Below, one piece after another: positions 14,782 through 24,367 of a stretch of 64,000 nt of DNA (position 1 is the stretch's first letter; the number at the start of each line of letters is the position of its first letter). The position numbers were made by a program, and so were the translations under genes. Location of the stretch: the NCBI GenBank assembly GCA_050951805.1, contig JBMNJT010000002.1:640001-704000 (forward strand). Direction: 5' to 3'. The notes below the pieces were generated by a model. The model was given only the letters and a program-made list of their open reading frames with translations, made no database searches and was not told the origin of the DNA. The stretch comes from Bacillota bacterium (lineage in GTDB: Bacteria > Bacillota > DTU025).

Positions 14782-15996
14782 GTGTCGACCAAGATCAAGA
14801 GGTGCAGTCTTTTGGCTGTAAGCCTAATTATGGTTATGGTTGTGTCCATGATCTCGAGCGAGTCTGCTCTGGCGGAGTATGATGTGAAGAGCATAATCAT
14901 CAACCCGAATCCCCCCTATCAGACCAGCATTTGGACTGACAAGTCGCAGTATAATCCGGGGGAAAGGCTGAATGTCTACTTCAGGACGAGCAAAGATGCG
15001 TATATCTACATTTTTGACATCGATACCGTCGGCAACGTGAGCCTGATATTCCCCAACATATACTCAGAATACAACTACAAACGGGCAGGTCAGACATACT
15101 CCTTGCCTGACAACTCCAGATATAACCTGACCATTGGCGGTCCTGCAGGAGTTGAGCAGCTCGTACTGATCGCCACGCCATCGCAGATACGCGACGTTGA
15201 ATGGCTAAGGCGTTCACTTGAGCAGGGTTCATTCGGGCCACAGCTAAATGTCAATATATCCGCAGACAGGTTCATGTTTGAGGTGAAGTCGATTTCGATT
15301 ACCCCCAACTTCGGCCAAGATTGGTCGTCGGCGGTCGCAACATTTACAGTGGGGAGTGTTGTAACGCCGCCGCCGCCACCACCACCACCGTCGGTGAAAT
15401 ACGGAACGCTGAGCATTACCTCTAAGCCGTCGGGGGCAACCGTTTTTCTGGACGGGGTAGACCAGGGGACCACGCCGCTGACGATTACGGGCGTGAGCTA
15501 TGGCGTGCATGACATTGCGATAATGAAGAAGAACTACTATACGTATTCGCGCCAGATCACGGTGAACTCGCCAAATCCATACCGAATAGATGCGACACTT
15601 GTGAAGCTGCCTACGTCATCCGATTGGGGCGACGAGGTTCAGCTTGTAAACAAGAGCATGCTGGTAAAATGGCCTCAAACCGGGCCGTTCACTGAGACGT
15701 TCACTTTTAGAGGTTCTACGGGCAAGGTGGTCATCAACGCAGACCCGATCCTCGGCATGCTGTCGAGAGTGACAGGAAGCATCACTGCGAATGCAGTGGG
15801 GCCAGTGGAATTCATGCAGATCAACCCGAGTGGGCCTGATGCGCCCTGGCCCGGAAGGGTATATGAAAGGACTCAGTATCCGTTCAGGGTGAGGGTAACT
15901 GTAGAGGATTACAGCATCACGACGGGTCTGGTCTTTGGAATTGAATACATCGACTACGTACGGTTGCGTTTGGAGATTTGGCATATAGGCAACTGA
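14782..15996 (+). CDS. Exported protein: signal peptide, DUF4384-like domain, poly-Pro linker, PEGA domain, C-terminal beta domain
   Basis: SD GAGGAGG then GTG; signal ending ALA; WTDK..Y.PGE...DAYIYIFDID..G.VSLIFPN (DUF4384-like); LSITSKPSGATVFLDG..G.TP (PEGA). Confidence 0.8.
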   Translation: MSTKIKRCSLLAVSLIMVMVVSMISSESALAEYDVKSIIINPNPPYQTSIWTDKSQYNPGERLNVYFRTSKDAYIYIFDIDTVGNVSLIFPNIYSEYNYKRAGQTYSLPDNSRYNLTIGGPAGVEQLVLIATPSQIRDVEWLRRSLEQGSFGPQLNVNISADRFMFEVKSISITPNFGQDWSSAVATFTVGSVVTPPPPPPPPSVKYGTLSITSKPSGATVFLDGVDQGTTPLTITGVSYGVHDIAIMKKNYYTYSRQITVNSPNPYRIDATLVKLPTSSDWGDEVQLVNKSMLVKWPQTGPFTETFTFRGSTGKVVINADPILGMLSRVTGSITANAVGPVEFMQINPSGPDAPWPGRVYERTQYPFRVRVTVEDYSITTGLVFGIEYIDYVRLRLEIWHIGN

Positions 15997-16040
15997 TTCT
16001 TTAGCACGAGACGGTTGCCCAAAAATATAGCAGCACGGCA

Positions 16041-16076
16041 GAGCAGGGTCGGGGTTTAGACTCCCCGACCCTGCTC
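16041..16076. terminator. Perfect 14-bp hairpin, probable terminator
   Basis: GAGCAGGGTCGGGG-8 nt-CCCCGACCCTGCTC, 45 bp after the PEGA gene stop; no clear U-tract. Confidence 0.6.
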
Positions 16077-16649
16077 ATATCCGAAACTCCATGTGGATGT
16101 TTGGATGTGGTGCCACATTTCGTGTGGCAGGGCCGAGTCGATCAGTGCATCTGAGGTAGGGAGTGTTGAAGCCAGTAGGATCCATGATCCAGCAGTGTCT
16201 CGCCGCATGCACCATGTTGCCGCCCTAGCTCTGTTCAATGCGCCGCCCGGCCCGGCACGCAACATGTAAAAGACTACTATAAGCTAGCAAGCTTGATGGG
16301 TGCACGCGGCAGTACCATGCCAGACGACGGCCTCGGGTCCTTTAACATATGCTTATTGCAGAGGGATGAAAGACATTGCGCCGGTAGGCCCAAGAAAAAC
16401 GGTCATGTTCTTTAGCAGAGGCCCGCGTCTGTTTTGGGATCGGGGTAGGGAGGAGAGAGTTCTATGCTTCACCGCAGACCGCGTATTAGCTGGGGCAAGG
16501 CTGATACTCTATAGTGGAAATGGTCAGGCGCTTCACGGTCACATATTCGCGGCTGCTCAGTCCTTTGCCGCATACGCCTACCTGGACGTCGCGTACAGAT
16601 GTGACCCGTCCGGCGGGGAGGACAGATCCGATCCGTAATTGGGCTGTGG

Positions 16650-16678
16650 TTGAGAAACGTTGGCTGGGCAATTATAAT
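16650..16678 (+). promoter_or_regulatory. sigmaA-type promoter of asnS
   Basis: TTGAGA-17 bp-TATAAT. Confidence 0.75.
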
Positions 16679-16733
16679 AGTAGTTACTATGGAAACATCT
16701 TGATGAAGATGAGGTCATCCGGAGGTGTGGTTA

Positions 16734-18026
16734 TTGCAGTCCGTCCGTATCGCCGACATACGAGAACATGATGGAGAAGAGGTCACTATTAAGGGGTGGC
16801 TATATAACAAGCGGTCGAGTGGAGGCATCCATTTCCTGATAATAAGGGATGGGACAGGTTTCATGCAAGCTGTCGCCGTTCGTGGCGAAATCCCTGATGA
16901 CCAGTTTGAACTGTGCAACAACCTGACGCAAGAATCGTCGATATTGGTCACCGGGCGCATTCGCGCTGACAAGAGGGCGGCGGGCGGATTCGAGATGTCA
17001 GCTACAGGCGTGGAGCTTGTACAGCTGGCTGAGGAATACCCAATAACCCTAAAGGAACACGGCGTAGATTTCCTTCTTGATCACAGGCACTTGTGGATTC
17101 GTAATCCTCGACAACACGCTGCGTTGTTGGTGCGGGACGAGGTGATTTCTGCGGCGGAAGACTGGCTGCGAAGCAACGGGTTCGTCAAGATCGACGCGCC
17201 AATTCTGACGCCGGCGGCATGCGAAGGAACTACTACCTTATTCGAGACCGACTACTTCGGCGAAAAGGCGTATCTGAGCCAGAGCGGCCAGCTGTACAAT
17301 GAGGCGGCGTGCATGGCATTTGGCAAAGTCTACTGCTACGGTCCGACATTTAGGGCTGAGAAGTCTAAAACGCGAAGGCATCTTATCGAGTTTTGGATGA
17401 TCGAGCCCGAGATGGCCTATGCCACTCAGGAAGACAATATGGTGATTCAGGAAGAGTTCTTGTCATACATCGTACAGCGTTGCCTTACCAAACGCCGGCA
17501 GGAGCTGATCACGCTCGAAAGAGACCTTTCGAAACTGGAGTGTATTGTGCCGCCATTCCCGCGGCTTTCGTATGATGAGGCCGTGGAACTGTTGCACGGG
17601 GAGGGTAAGGAATTCGAGTGGGGAGACGATTTCGGGGCGCCCGACGAGGCTACGATTTCGACGAAATACGACAAGCCGGTATTTGTAACCGGTTATCCAA
17701 CAAAGGTAAAGGCCTTCTATATGCAGCCTGATCCGGATAGGCCCGAGATAGTAAAATGCTCTGACTTGCTGGCGCCTGAGGGCTACGGCGAGATCATCGG
17801 CAGCAGTGAGAGAATTCACGACCTGGATCTCCTGGCGGCGCGGATGCGCGAGCATAATCTCCCTGAGGAAGCCTACGGTTGGTACCTTGATCTCCGGCGC
17901 TATGGATCGGTCCCCCATTCCGGGTTCGGGCTAGGGATTGAAAGAACAGTAGCGTGGATTACCGGCAGCGAGCATGTTAGGGAGATGATTCCTTTCCCGC
18001 GCCTAATCAATCGCATATACCCGTAG
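16734..18026 (+). CDS. asnS: Asparagine--tRNA ligase
   Basis: [65 protein letters not shown]; SD GGAGGTG before TTG 16734. Confidence 0.97.
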   Translation: MQSVRIADIREHDGEEVTIKGWLYNKRSSGGIHFLIIRDGTGFMQAVAVRGEIPDDQFELCNNLTQESSILVTGRIRADKRAAGGFEMSATGVELVQLAEEYPITLKEHGVDFLLDHRHLWIRNPRQHAALLVRDEVISAAEDWLRSNGFVKIDAPILTPAACEGTTTLFETDYFGEKAYLSQSGQLYNEAACMAFGKVYCYGPTFRAEKSKTRRHLIEFWMIEPEMAYATQEDNMVIQEEFLSYIVQRCLTKRRQELITLERDLSKLECIVPPFPRLSYDEAVELLHGEGKEFEWGDDFGAPDEATISTKYDKPVFVTGYPTKVKAFYMQPDPDRPEIVKCSDLLAPEGYGEIIGSSERIHDLDLLAARMREHNLPEEAYGWYLDLRRYGSVPHSGFGLGIERTVAWITGSEHVREMIPFPRLINRIYP

Positions 18027-18164
18027 TTCATGAAATATCTATTGGAGCGCTCGATGGTGGACCCCGCGTGACGAACAGGCAAGCGGGGTTCTTGCATATT
18101 GGAACCGCTGGCTTCGCACAGCGTCTATACCTACTGAGTCCAACAAATAGGGAGGGCAGAGGTA

Positions 18165-21100
18165 ATGAAGAGCAAAAGGAAGGTGCTATTCATCTTCGCT
18201 AGCTTAGCCCTGGTGCTTTTCGTAGGCACATTGGTGTCAACTAGTTCGCAAGCGCAGATTTCAGCTTATGATTACATTCTGCGGGGCGAGCAGTATCTCG
18301 CACAGGGTGCTGCAAATGAAGCTATAGGCCAGTTTGAACAGGCAATATACATAGAACCGACAAACACCCGCGCTCACTTCGGGCTTGGGTGCGCCTACGA
18401 GATGAGGTCGAAGGCTGCCAGGGTGTTCAATTATCGGATGGAGCTTTTTACGGAACCGGATCCCGTCAGAAAGCTGGGCTTCCCACCCCTTTCAGAACAG
18501 GGATATCAAGATGTCGAACGAGCGATTCAAGCCTACTCAAAGGCGGCACTCTACTCGCCGCCGTATGCAGAAGGCCATTACCGACAGGGAGTTCTCCATT
18601 TCATTAGCGGAAGACCCGGAGATGCCAAAGTTGCCTTGGAGAGGGCCGTCGCTCAGGATAGGACGGCAGTCGACCCTGCTGTTCTCCTTGCCTATATATA
18701 CCTGGAGGAAGGGAATATCCAGGCAGCGACTGCGCAGATTGATCGTATTATCTCTGCAACTGGCGACAGGTTCAACCCCGTGATTCTTGGTTTATCTGCA
18801 GTGTTGGAATACAGAAGTGGCAGATATGATCAGGCAGAGCAGTTGCTGTTGCAGGCTACAAGCAGGTCTGGCGCGCCAGCCTATCTTTACAAGCGGCTTG
18901 GCGATGCGATGGCTGCGCGCGGACTCCACACGCAAGCATTGGATGCATACCGTCAGGCGGTGCAGAGGGATCCCGAGTCGATACTGGCTAATGATGCAAT
19001 TGGCAACATATACAGGCTTTCAGGGCAGTCGGCACAGGCTGTGCAGTGCTATTCAGCTGCCGCGTCGGCCAATCCGAATCTGGTACGGGCAAGATACGGA
19101 CTTGGTTCGGCTCTGCTCGAATCGGGTTCATATGCCCAAGCATTGCAGACGTTCAGCGAACTTGTGGACGCATTGCCAACGTATGGATCTGATAATGCGC
19201 TGCTTTTAAAGGGTATAGCCCAGTGGAAGACCGGCAATGCAAATGCGGCGCTTGCCACTGTCAACCATGCTCTGGGAATCAATGCTGAAAACCGCATAGC
19301 CGCCATTTACAAGGAGCGCATCGAACGTGAAATGGGCGGTTACGGCGTATCGCCCCTTGGCGCGCAGCCCAAGTCCATAGTGGCGGAAGGGAGCAAACCG
19401 GACAAACCGTTCAGCGGAATCGTGATAAACGATGGCGCTGAATATACAAACAGCCGGACGGTTCGGCTCGCAGTTTACAGTGATTACTCAACTGTCGCTT
19501 TTAGTAATGACAATTCCACCTGGAGCTCCTGGTTTTCGAAGCCTGAGCCATATGGAGAGTTCACTTGGGAATTGACTCCGGGAGACGGGACAAAGAGAGT
19601 ATACGTGAAATTTCGTGGCCTATTCGGTATAGGCATACCCGGCGAATCGGGGACGATAGTGCTCGACTCGACGCCACCAGTAGCCACTGCACGCTTGGAG
19701 GGCATGCAAACAGGCGGTTACGGAGGTTATGATGGCAGGACGAGAGTTGTCCTTTCGGCCAATGATCCTACTGGGATAGTCGGGTTTTGGATGTCCTATG
19801 ACGGCAATGATTGGCGCTGGTTCGACTGGTATGGAAGTGATTTTGCCATATCTTTGCCTGCAGGTGTCGGTGCGACGCCGAGGGTCCGGTTTTCCGTGGT
19901 TGACGGAGCAGGCAACCATGCGTCGATCGAGGCTGTCATGACTGCGCCTCCTTCTTTAGACACACAGCCGCCGAGGATATATGGGATACAGGTGACCAGG
20001 GGCCCCCTGGATTCGGCGATAATCACATGGACCACCGATGAGCCGGCAGATTCCTACGTGGAGTACTGGGCATACGGAGTGCCCCAGAACCGTGTGGGCA
20101 CGAGCATGCTTGCCACATCCCACTCGGTAACCCTTTCGAACCTCCGTGCGGGCACGACGTATTACTACAGGGTAATTTCTACCGATGCGGCAGGAAACCG
20201 GGGTCAATCGCAGGATCTCACGCTCGTGATTCAGCCTGTAGATACAACTCCGCCGGTGATAAGCCGGATAGAGGCAAGAGCAACGGGGCTCGACTCGGTG
20301 AGCATCACATGGACCACCGATGAGCCGGCAGATTCCTACGTGGAGTACTGGGCATACGGAGTGCCCCAGAACCGTGTGGGCACGAGCATGCTTGCCACAT
20401 CCCACTCGGTAACCCTTTCGAACCTCCGTGCGGGCACGACGTATTACTACAGGGTAATTTCTACCGATGCGGCAGGAAACCGGGGGCAATCGCAGGATCT
20501 CACGCTTGTGATTCAGCCTGTAGATACAACTCCGCCGGTGATAAGCCGGATAGAGGCAAAAGCAACGGGGCTCGACTCGGTGAGCATCACATGGACCACC
20601 GATGAGCCGGCAGATTCCTACGTGGAGTACTGGGCATACGGAGTGCCCCAGAACCGTGTGGGCACGAGCATGCTTGCTACATCCCACTCGGTAACCCTTT
20701 CGAACCTCCGTGCGGGCACGACGTATTACTACAGGGTAATTTCTACCGATGCGGCAGGAAACCGGGGTCAATCGCAGGATCTCACGCTTGTGATTCAGCC
20801 TGTAGATACAACTCCGCCGGTGATAAGCCGGATAGAGGCAAAAGCAACGGGGCTCGACTCGGTGAGCATCACATGGACCACCGATGAGCCGGCAGATTCC
20901 TACGTGGAGTACTGGGCATACGGAGTGCCCCAGAACCGTGTGGGCACGAGCGTGCTTTCGACTTACCATGCGGTTACATTGTCCAATTTGCGTTCTGGTG
21001 TCACATACTACTACACAGTGACTTCCACCGATGCAGCGGGCAACCGTGCGCGGTCATCGGAGATGAGTCTTAGGATCCAGCCTCCCGATACGACACCTCC

Positions 21101-22781
21101 AACTGTGAGAGTGCAAATAAACGGGGGCGCGCAATACACAAAGAGCAGAACTGTGCAGTTGGAGATTACTGCTCAGGACGACTCAGGCGGTCCGCTTGAG
21201 ATGAGGATTTGGGATGATAAGTCCTCTTATGGTTCCTGGAGGGCGTATTCTGACAGGGTTACCTGGGAGCTTACCACGGGCGATGGCAGGAGGACCGTCT
21301 ATGTGAAGGTCAGAGATGCAGCGGGAAACGAAGCCCAAGCGCAGGCTGTAATAACCCTCGATACGGAGCCCCCTATAATCAGGTCGGTGCAGACAAAGAA
21401 CATCGGACCGGATTCTGCTGTTATAACATGGAGCACTGACGAGAACTCCGATTCCTGGGTGTATTACGGCACATACAGCCCGAACTTGGTTATGGGCCAG
21501 TATGACTTCGTGACGAGCCATTCGGTCGCCCTGTACGGCTTAAGCCCCAACACTGACTACTACTTCAGGGTTCGTTCCGCCGATGCCGCAGGAAATATGG
21601 CGGAGTCCTCCACGCTGACGTTCCGTACGTCTCAGCTTGGCGACAGGAATCCGCCAACAGGCAGCATTGCGATAAACAATGGGGCTCAGTATACGCGCTA
21701 TTATGACGTAACGCTCTCGATAGCTGCAAAAGACGACTCGCCGGGTCCAATCGAGATGCGCCTGCGTGAGGGCAGCGGGAACTGGACCGGGTGGATGCAG
21801 TTCCAACAGGCGATGACATACAGGCTAAGTCCTGGTGATGGGAACAAGACAGTCTATGTCGAGTTTCGCGACATCTATGGGAATCAGAGCAGGACATACT
21901 CTGCGTCGATAACCTTGGATACTCGTCCTCCGAAGATAACTAACGTACGGACGGCGAATATTACTGCAAATTCGGCTACGATAACATGGAACACCGATGA
22001 ACCTGCTACTTCAACCATTGAATATGGCTTGACGGGCACGACCATGAAGGATGCCGCAGGCGACAAATCCGTGTCGAGTTCGGAGGCGTCGAGCCCTGCA
22101 GGAGATGTGGGCGCTAGATCGGTAATAATCACTCCTGTTGTGCCTTCGGGGTCTCTTAAGACTAGCCATAGCGTGACATTGACTGGTCTTCGCGATAACA
22201 CGACATACTACTATCAGGTAGTATCGAAGGACGCTGCAGGAAACGTTTCGGTGGCTTCAGGGTTCTCGTTTACTACGGGGTCTGTGGCGCCACCGCCGCC
22301 AATCGGGACGGTCAACGTGAACTGGGCAGCTGCGGCCAATGGAGGGCGGGCTAGCGCGTCGAGCTATGCGCCGGCTAGCTCAGATGGACCGGCAAGACCT
22401 GCTTCTATGGCTATTGATGGCAATATGAAGACATATTGGGAAGCTTCCGGGCCAATTACCGGCGGCAAGACAGAATGGCTCGAAGTTGAGTTCTCGGCCT
22501 CGCGGGTGATCAATACCATAAGAACGAGCAGTGATGTAGGTAACTACCCGTATTCCATGACTGTGGAGGTCGAAGAGAACGGACGCTGGATTGTAGTTGG
22601 GTCATTTACAAAACCGTCTGAATACCAGAAGTACATGAAGCGGTCTGGAGACGTGGTGTCATTCGAGTTTCAGTTTACAGCTATGAGCGTGTCGAAGGTT
22701 AGGTTCGTTGTTGCTAGGGTATCAAATCCCTTGAATGCTCTTCAGTTCTACGAAGTGGAGGCTTTTAACACGGGCCGCTAG
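18165..22781 (+). CDS. Large exported multidomain protein: signal peptide, TPR array, Ig-like modules, six FN3 domains, C-terminal discoidin (F5/8C)-like domain
   Basis: Signal ending SQA; TPR patterns to about aa 390; three IN.GA.YT...L..GDG...VYV modules; ITW.TDE...SH.V.L..L...T.YYY.V.S.DAAGN repeats; A.ASS...AIDG...TYW...WLEV. Confidence 0.88.
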   Translation: MKSKRKVLFIFASLALVLFVGTLVSTSSQAQISAYDYILRGEQYLAQGAANEAIGQFEQAIYIEPTNTRAHFGLGCAYEMRSKAARVFNYRMELFTEPDPVRKLGFPPLSEQGYQDVERAIQAYSKAALYSPPYAEGHYRQGVLHFISGRPGDAKVALERAVAQDRTAVDPAVLLAYIYLEEGNIQAATAQIDRIISATGDRFNPVILGLSAVLEYRSGRYDQAEQLLLQATSRSGAPAYLYKRLGDAMAARGLHTQALDAYRQAVQRDPESILANDAIGNIYRLSGQSAQAVQCYSAAASANPNLVRARYGLGSALLESGSYAQALQTFSELVDALPTYGSDNALLLKGIAQWKTGNANAALATVNHALGINAENRIAAIYKERIEREMGGYGVSPLGAQPKSIVAEGSKPDKPFSGIVINDGAEYTNSRTVRLAVYSDYSTVAFSNDNSTWSSWFSKPEPYGEFTWELTPGDGTKRVYVKFRGLFGIGIPGESGTIVLDSTPPVATARLEGMQTGGYGGYDGRTRVVLSANDPTGIVGFWMSYDGNDWRWFDWYGSDFAISLPAGVGATPRVRFSVVDGAGNHASIEAVMTAPPSLDTQPPRIYGIQVTRGPLDSAIITWTTDEPADSYVEYWAYGVPQNRVGTSMLATSHSVTLSNLRAGTTYYYRVISTDAAGNRGQSQDLTLVIQPVDTTPPVISRIEARATGLDSVSITWTTDEPADSYVEYWAYGVPQNRVGTSMLATSHSVTLSNLRAGTTYYYRVISTDAAGNRGQSQDLTLVIQPVDTTPPVISRIEAKATGLDSVSITWTTDEPADSYVEYWAYGVPQNRVGTSMLATSHSVTLSNLRAGTTYYYRVISTDAAGNRGQSQDLTLVIQPVDTTPPVISRIEAKATGLDSVSITWTTDEPADSYVEYWAYGVPQNRVGTSVLSTYHAVTLSNLRSGVTYYYTVTSTDAAGNRARSSEMSLRIQPPDTTPPTVRVQINGGAQYTKSRTVQLEITAQDDSGGPLEMRIWDDKSSYGSWRAYSDRVTWELTTGDGRRTVYVKVRDAAGNEAQAQAVITLDTEPPIIRSVQTKNIGPDSAVITWSTDENSDSWVYYGTYSPNLVMGQYDFVTSHSVALYGLSPNTDYYFRVRSADAAGNMAESSTLTFRTSQLGDRNPPTGSIAINNGAQYTRYYDVTLSIAAKDDSPGPIEMRLREGSGNWTGWMQFQQAMTYRLSPGDGNKTVYVEFRDIYGNQSRTYSASITLDTRPPKITNVRTANITANSATITWNTDEPATSTIEYGLTGTTMKDAAGDKSVSSSEASSPAGDVGARSVIITPVVPSGSLKTSHSVTLTGLRDNTTYYYQVVSKDAAGNVSVASGFSFTTGSVAPPPPIGTVNVNWAAAANGGRASASSYAPASSDGPARPASMAIDGNMKTYWEASGPITGGKTEWLEVEFSASRVINTIRTSSDVGNYPYSMTVEVEENGRWIVVGSFTKPSEYQKYMKRSGDVVSFEFQFTAMSVSKVRFVVARVSNPLNALQFYEVEAFNTGR
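20022..20951 (+). repeat. Near-perfect intragenic tandem repeat, 282-bp unit, about 3.3 copies
   Basis: ATCACATGGACCACCGATGAGCCGGCAG recurs at 20022, 20304, 20586, 20868 with only a few substitutions between units. Confidence 0.97.
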
Positions 22782-22863
22782 CGAAGACCGAGTTGGACAT
22801 AATTGGCGACAACTGCCGCATCCGATCCGGGTGCGGCAGTCGAGCGTCACGGGAGGCGCTAAG

Positions 22864-24249
22864 TTGAGCAGAACCGCATACGACGTGATCATAGTAGGTG
22901 CTGGCCCGGCAGGCATATTTGCCGGCATGGAGTTGGCTAAGAAATCGAGTCTCAAGATCCTGATGGTAGAGAAGGGACGGGATATAGGGGAGCGTACGTG
23001 TCCTGCTTTGGAGCGGAAGACGAGTTGCGCCAGGTGTGACCCGTGCAACGTGGTCTGCGGCTGGGGCGGGGCTGGGGCATTCAGCGATGGAAAGCTGACT
23101 CTCTCCACAGATGTTGGCGGGATGCTGGAGGCTTATGTCGGCAGCGCTGGGCTGAAGAAGCTCATAGAGGAGGTCGATCGAGTCTACCTGGAGCATGGGG
23201 CGCCGGAAACTGTATGGGGCCTCGAAGAGGAGAAGATTGCGGACCTCCGTGACAGGGCCAAATTGGCTGATCTGACGTTTGTGCCTGCCAGAATACGCCA
23301 TCTTGGCACTGGACGAACAGTTAATATCCTGGAAAGGATGAAAGACGGTCTGGACGGCAGAGTGGACATCGAACTCGATACCAGTGTGAATTCGGTAGTG
23401 GCATCGGAGGGGGTAGTTCGCGGTGTTGAGACATCCGATGGGCGGTTCATAAGCGGCAAATGCGTTATCCTTGCTCCCGGACGCGAAGGTGCCGAATGGC
23501 TCGCCGATCAGGCTCGGCATCTCGGCCTTCGGATGGCCATCAATCCAGTGGACATAGGCGTCAGGGTTGAACTGCCTGCAGTAGTGATGAAGGACATAAC
23601 CGATGTGGTGTATGAATCGAAGTTCATATACTACTCCAAATCCTTCGATGATAAGGTTCGCACTTTCTGCATGTGCCCATATGGCGAAGTGGTGACTGAG
23701 AACAACGACGGTCTGATCACAGTCAACGGGCACAGCTACGCGGAGCGCAAGACGGAGAACACCAATTTCGCTCTGCTTGTTAGCAAGAGCTTTACTGAGC
23801 CATTCAGGGAGCCAATACAATACGGAAAATACGTAGCGGGCCTTGCAAACTTGCTCGCCGGGGGAGTCCTCGTTCAGAGGCTTGGGGATCTGATGGTCGG
23901 CAGGCGTACCACTGAGGAAAGGCTGATGAAAGGTACAGTCACCCCTACCCTCAAGGATGCAACCAGCGGGGATCTGAGCCTTGTTTTTCCATACAGGCAT
24001 CTCGTGGACATCATGGAGATGCTGCAGGCCCTGGACAAAGTGGCGCCAGGGGTTTACTCCCGGAACACCCTGCTTTATGGGGTAGAAGCCAAGTTTTACT
24101 CGAACCGCCTGGAACTTTCGCGCAGCCTTGAGACGGAAATCGGAAATCTCTTTGCAGCCGGGGATGGGGCCGGCGTCACCCGTGGACTGATGCAAGCATC
24201 AGCATCGGGGGTAGTGGCAGCCAGAGAGATTCTATCGCGATTCGAGTAG
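22864..24249 (+). CDS. FAD-dependent oxidoreductase (COG2509-like) with Cys cluster
   Basis: IVGAGPAG, CP...C..C.PC...CGWGGAGAFSDGKL, VRTFCMCP, NGHS, GDGAG.TRG; SD GGGAGG before TTG 22864. Confidence 0.9.
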   Translation: MSRTAYDVIIVGAGPAGIFAGMELAKKSSLKILMVEKGRDIGERTCPALERKTSCARCDPCNVVCGWGGAGAFSDGKLTLSTDVGGMLEAYVGSAGLKKLIEEVDRVYLEHGAPETVWGLEEEKIADLRDRAKLADLTFVPARIRHLGTGRTVNILERMKDGLDGRVDIELDTSVNSVVASEGVVRGVETSDGRFISGKCVILAPGREGAEWLADQARHLGLRMAINPVDIGVRVELPAVVMKDITDVVYESKFIYYSKSFDDKVRTFCMCPYGEVVTENNDGLITVNGHSYAERKTENTNFALLVSKSFTEPFREPIQYGKYVAGLANLLAGGVLVQRLGDLMVGRRTTEERLMKGTVTPTLKDATSGDLSLVFPYRHLVDIMEMLQALDKVAPGVYSRNTLLYGVEAKFYSNRLELSRSLETEIGNLFAAGDGAGVTRGLMQASASGVVAAREILSRFE

Positions 24250-24367
24250 GACTGGTCTGGCGCTAGGGGCCTTCTGATGGAGAGAGTGGATGTATTCGTG
24301 CGCAGTCTCATCTCATTTTGTGAGCGGGGCATAATAGGTGCAAAAGCGACGAATGGCAGGAATGCAC

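Noticed and set aside
20022-20951. Repeat array as CRISPR or DGR template/variable region
   Set aside because: Units are contiguous in-frame 282-bp coding repeats without spacers; no cas or reverse transcriptase gene nearby.
19956-20969. 337-aa antisense ORF with repeats
   Set aside because: Shadow of the FN3 repeat; a stop-free unit is simply multiplied.
22765-24195. 476-aa antisense ORF
   Set aside because: Mirror frame of the FAD oxidoreductase; no recognisable motifs.
24305-24336. Forespore sigma promoter for the ger operon (CATAATA)
   Set aside because: -10 fits sigmaG/E/K but the -35 is ambiguous, so no call was made.
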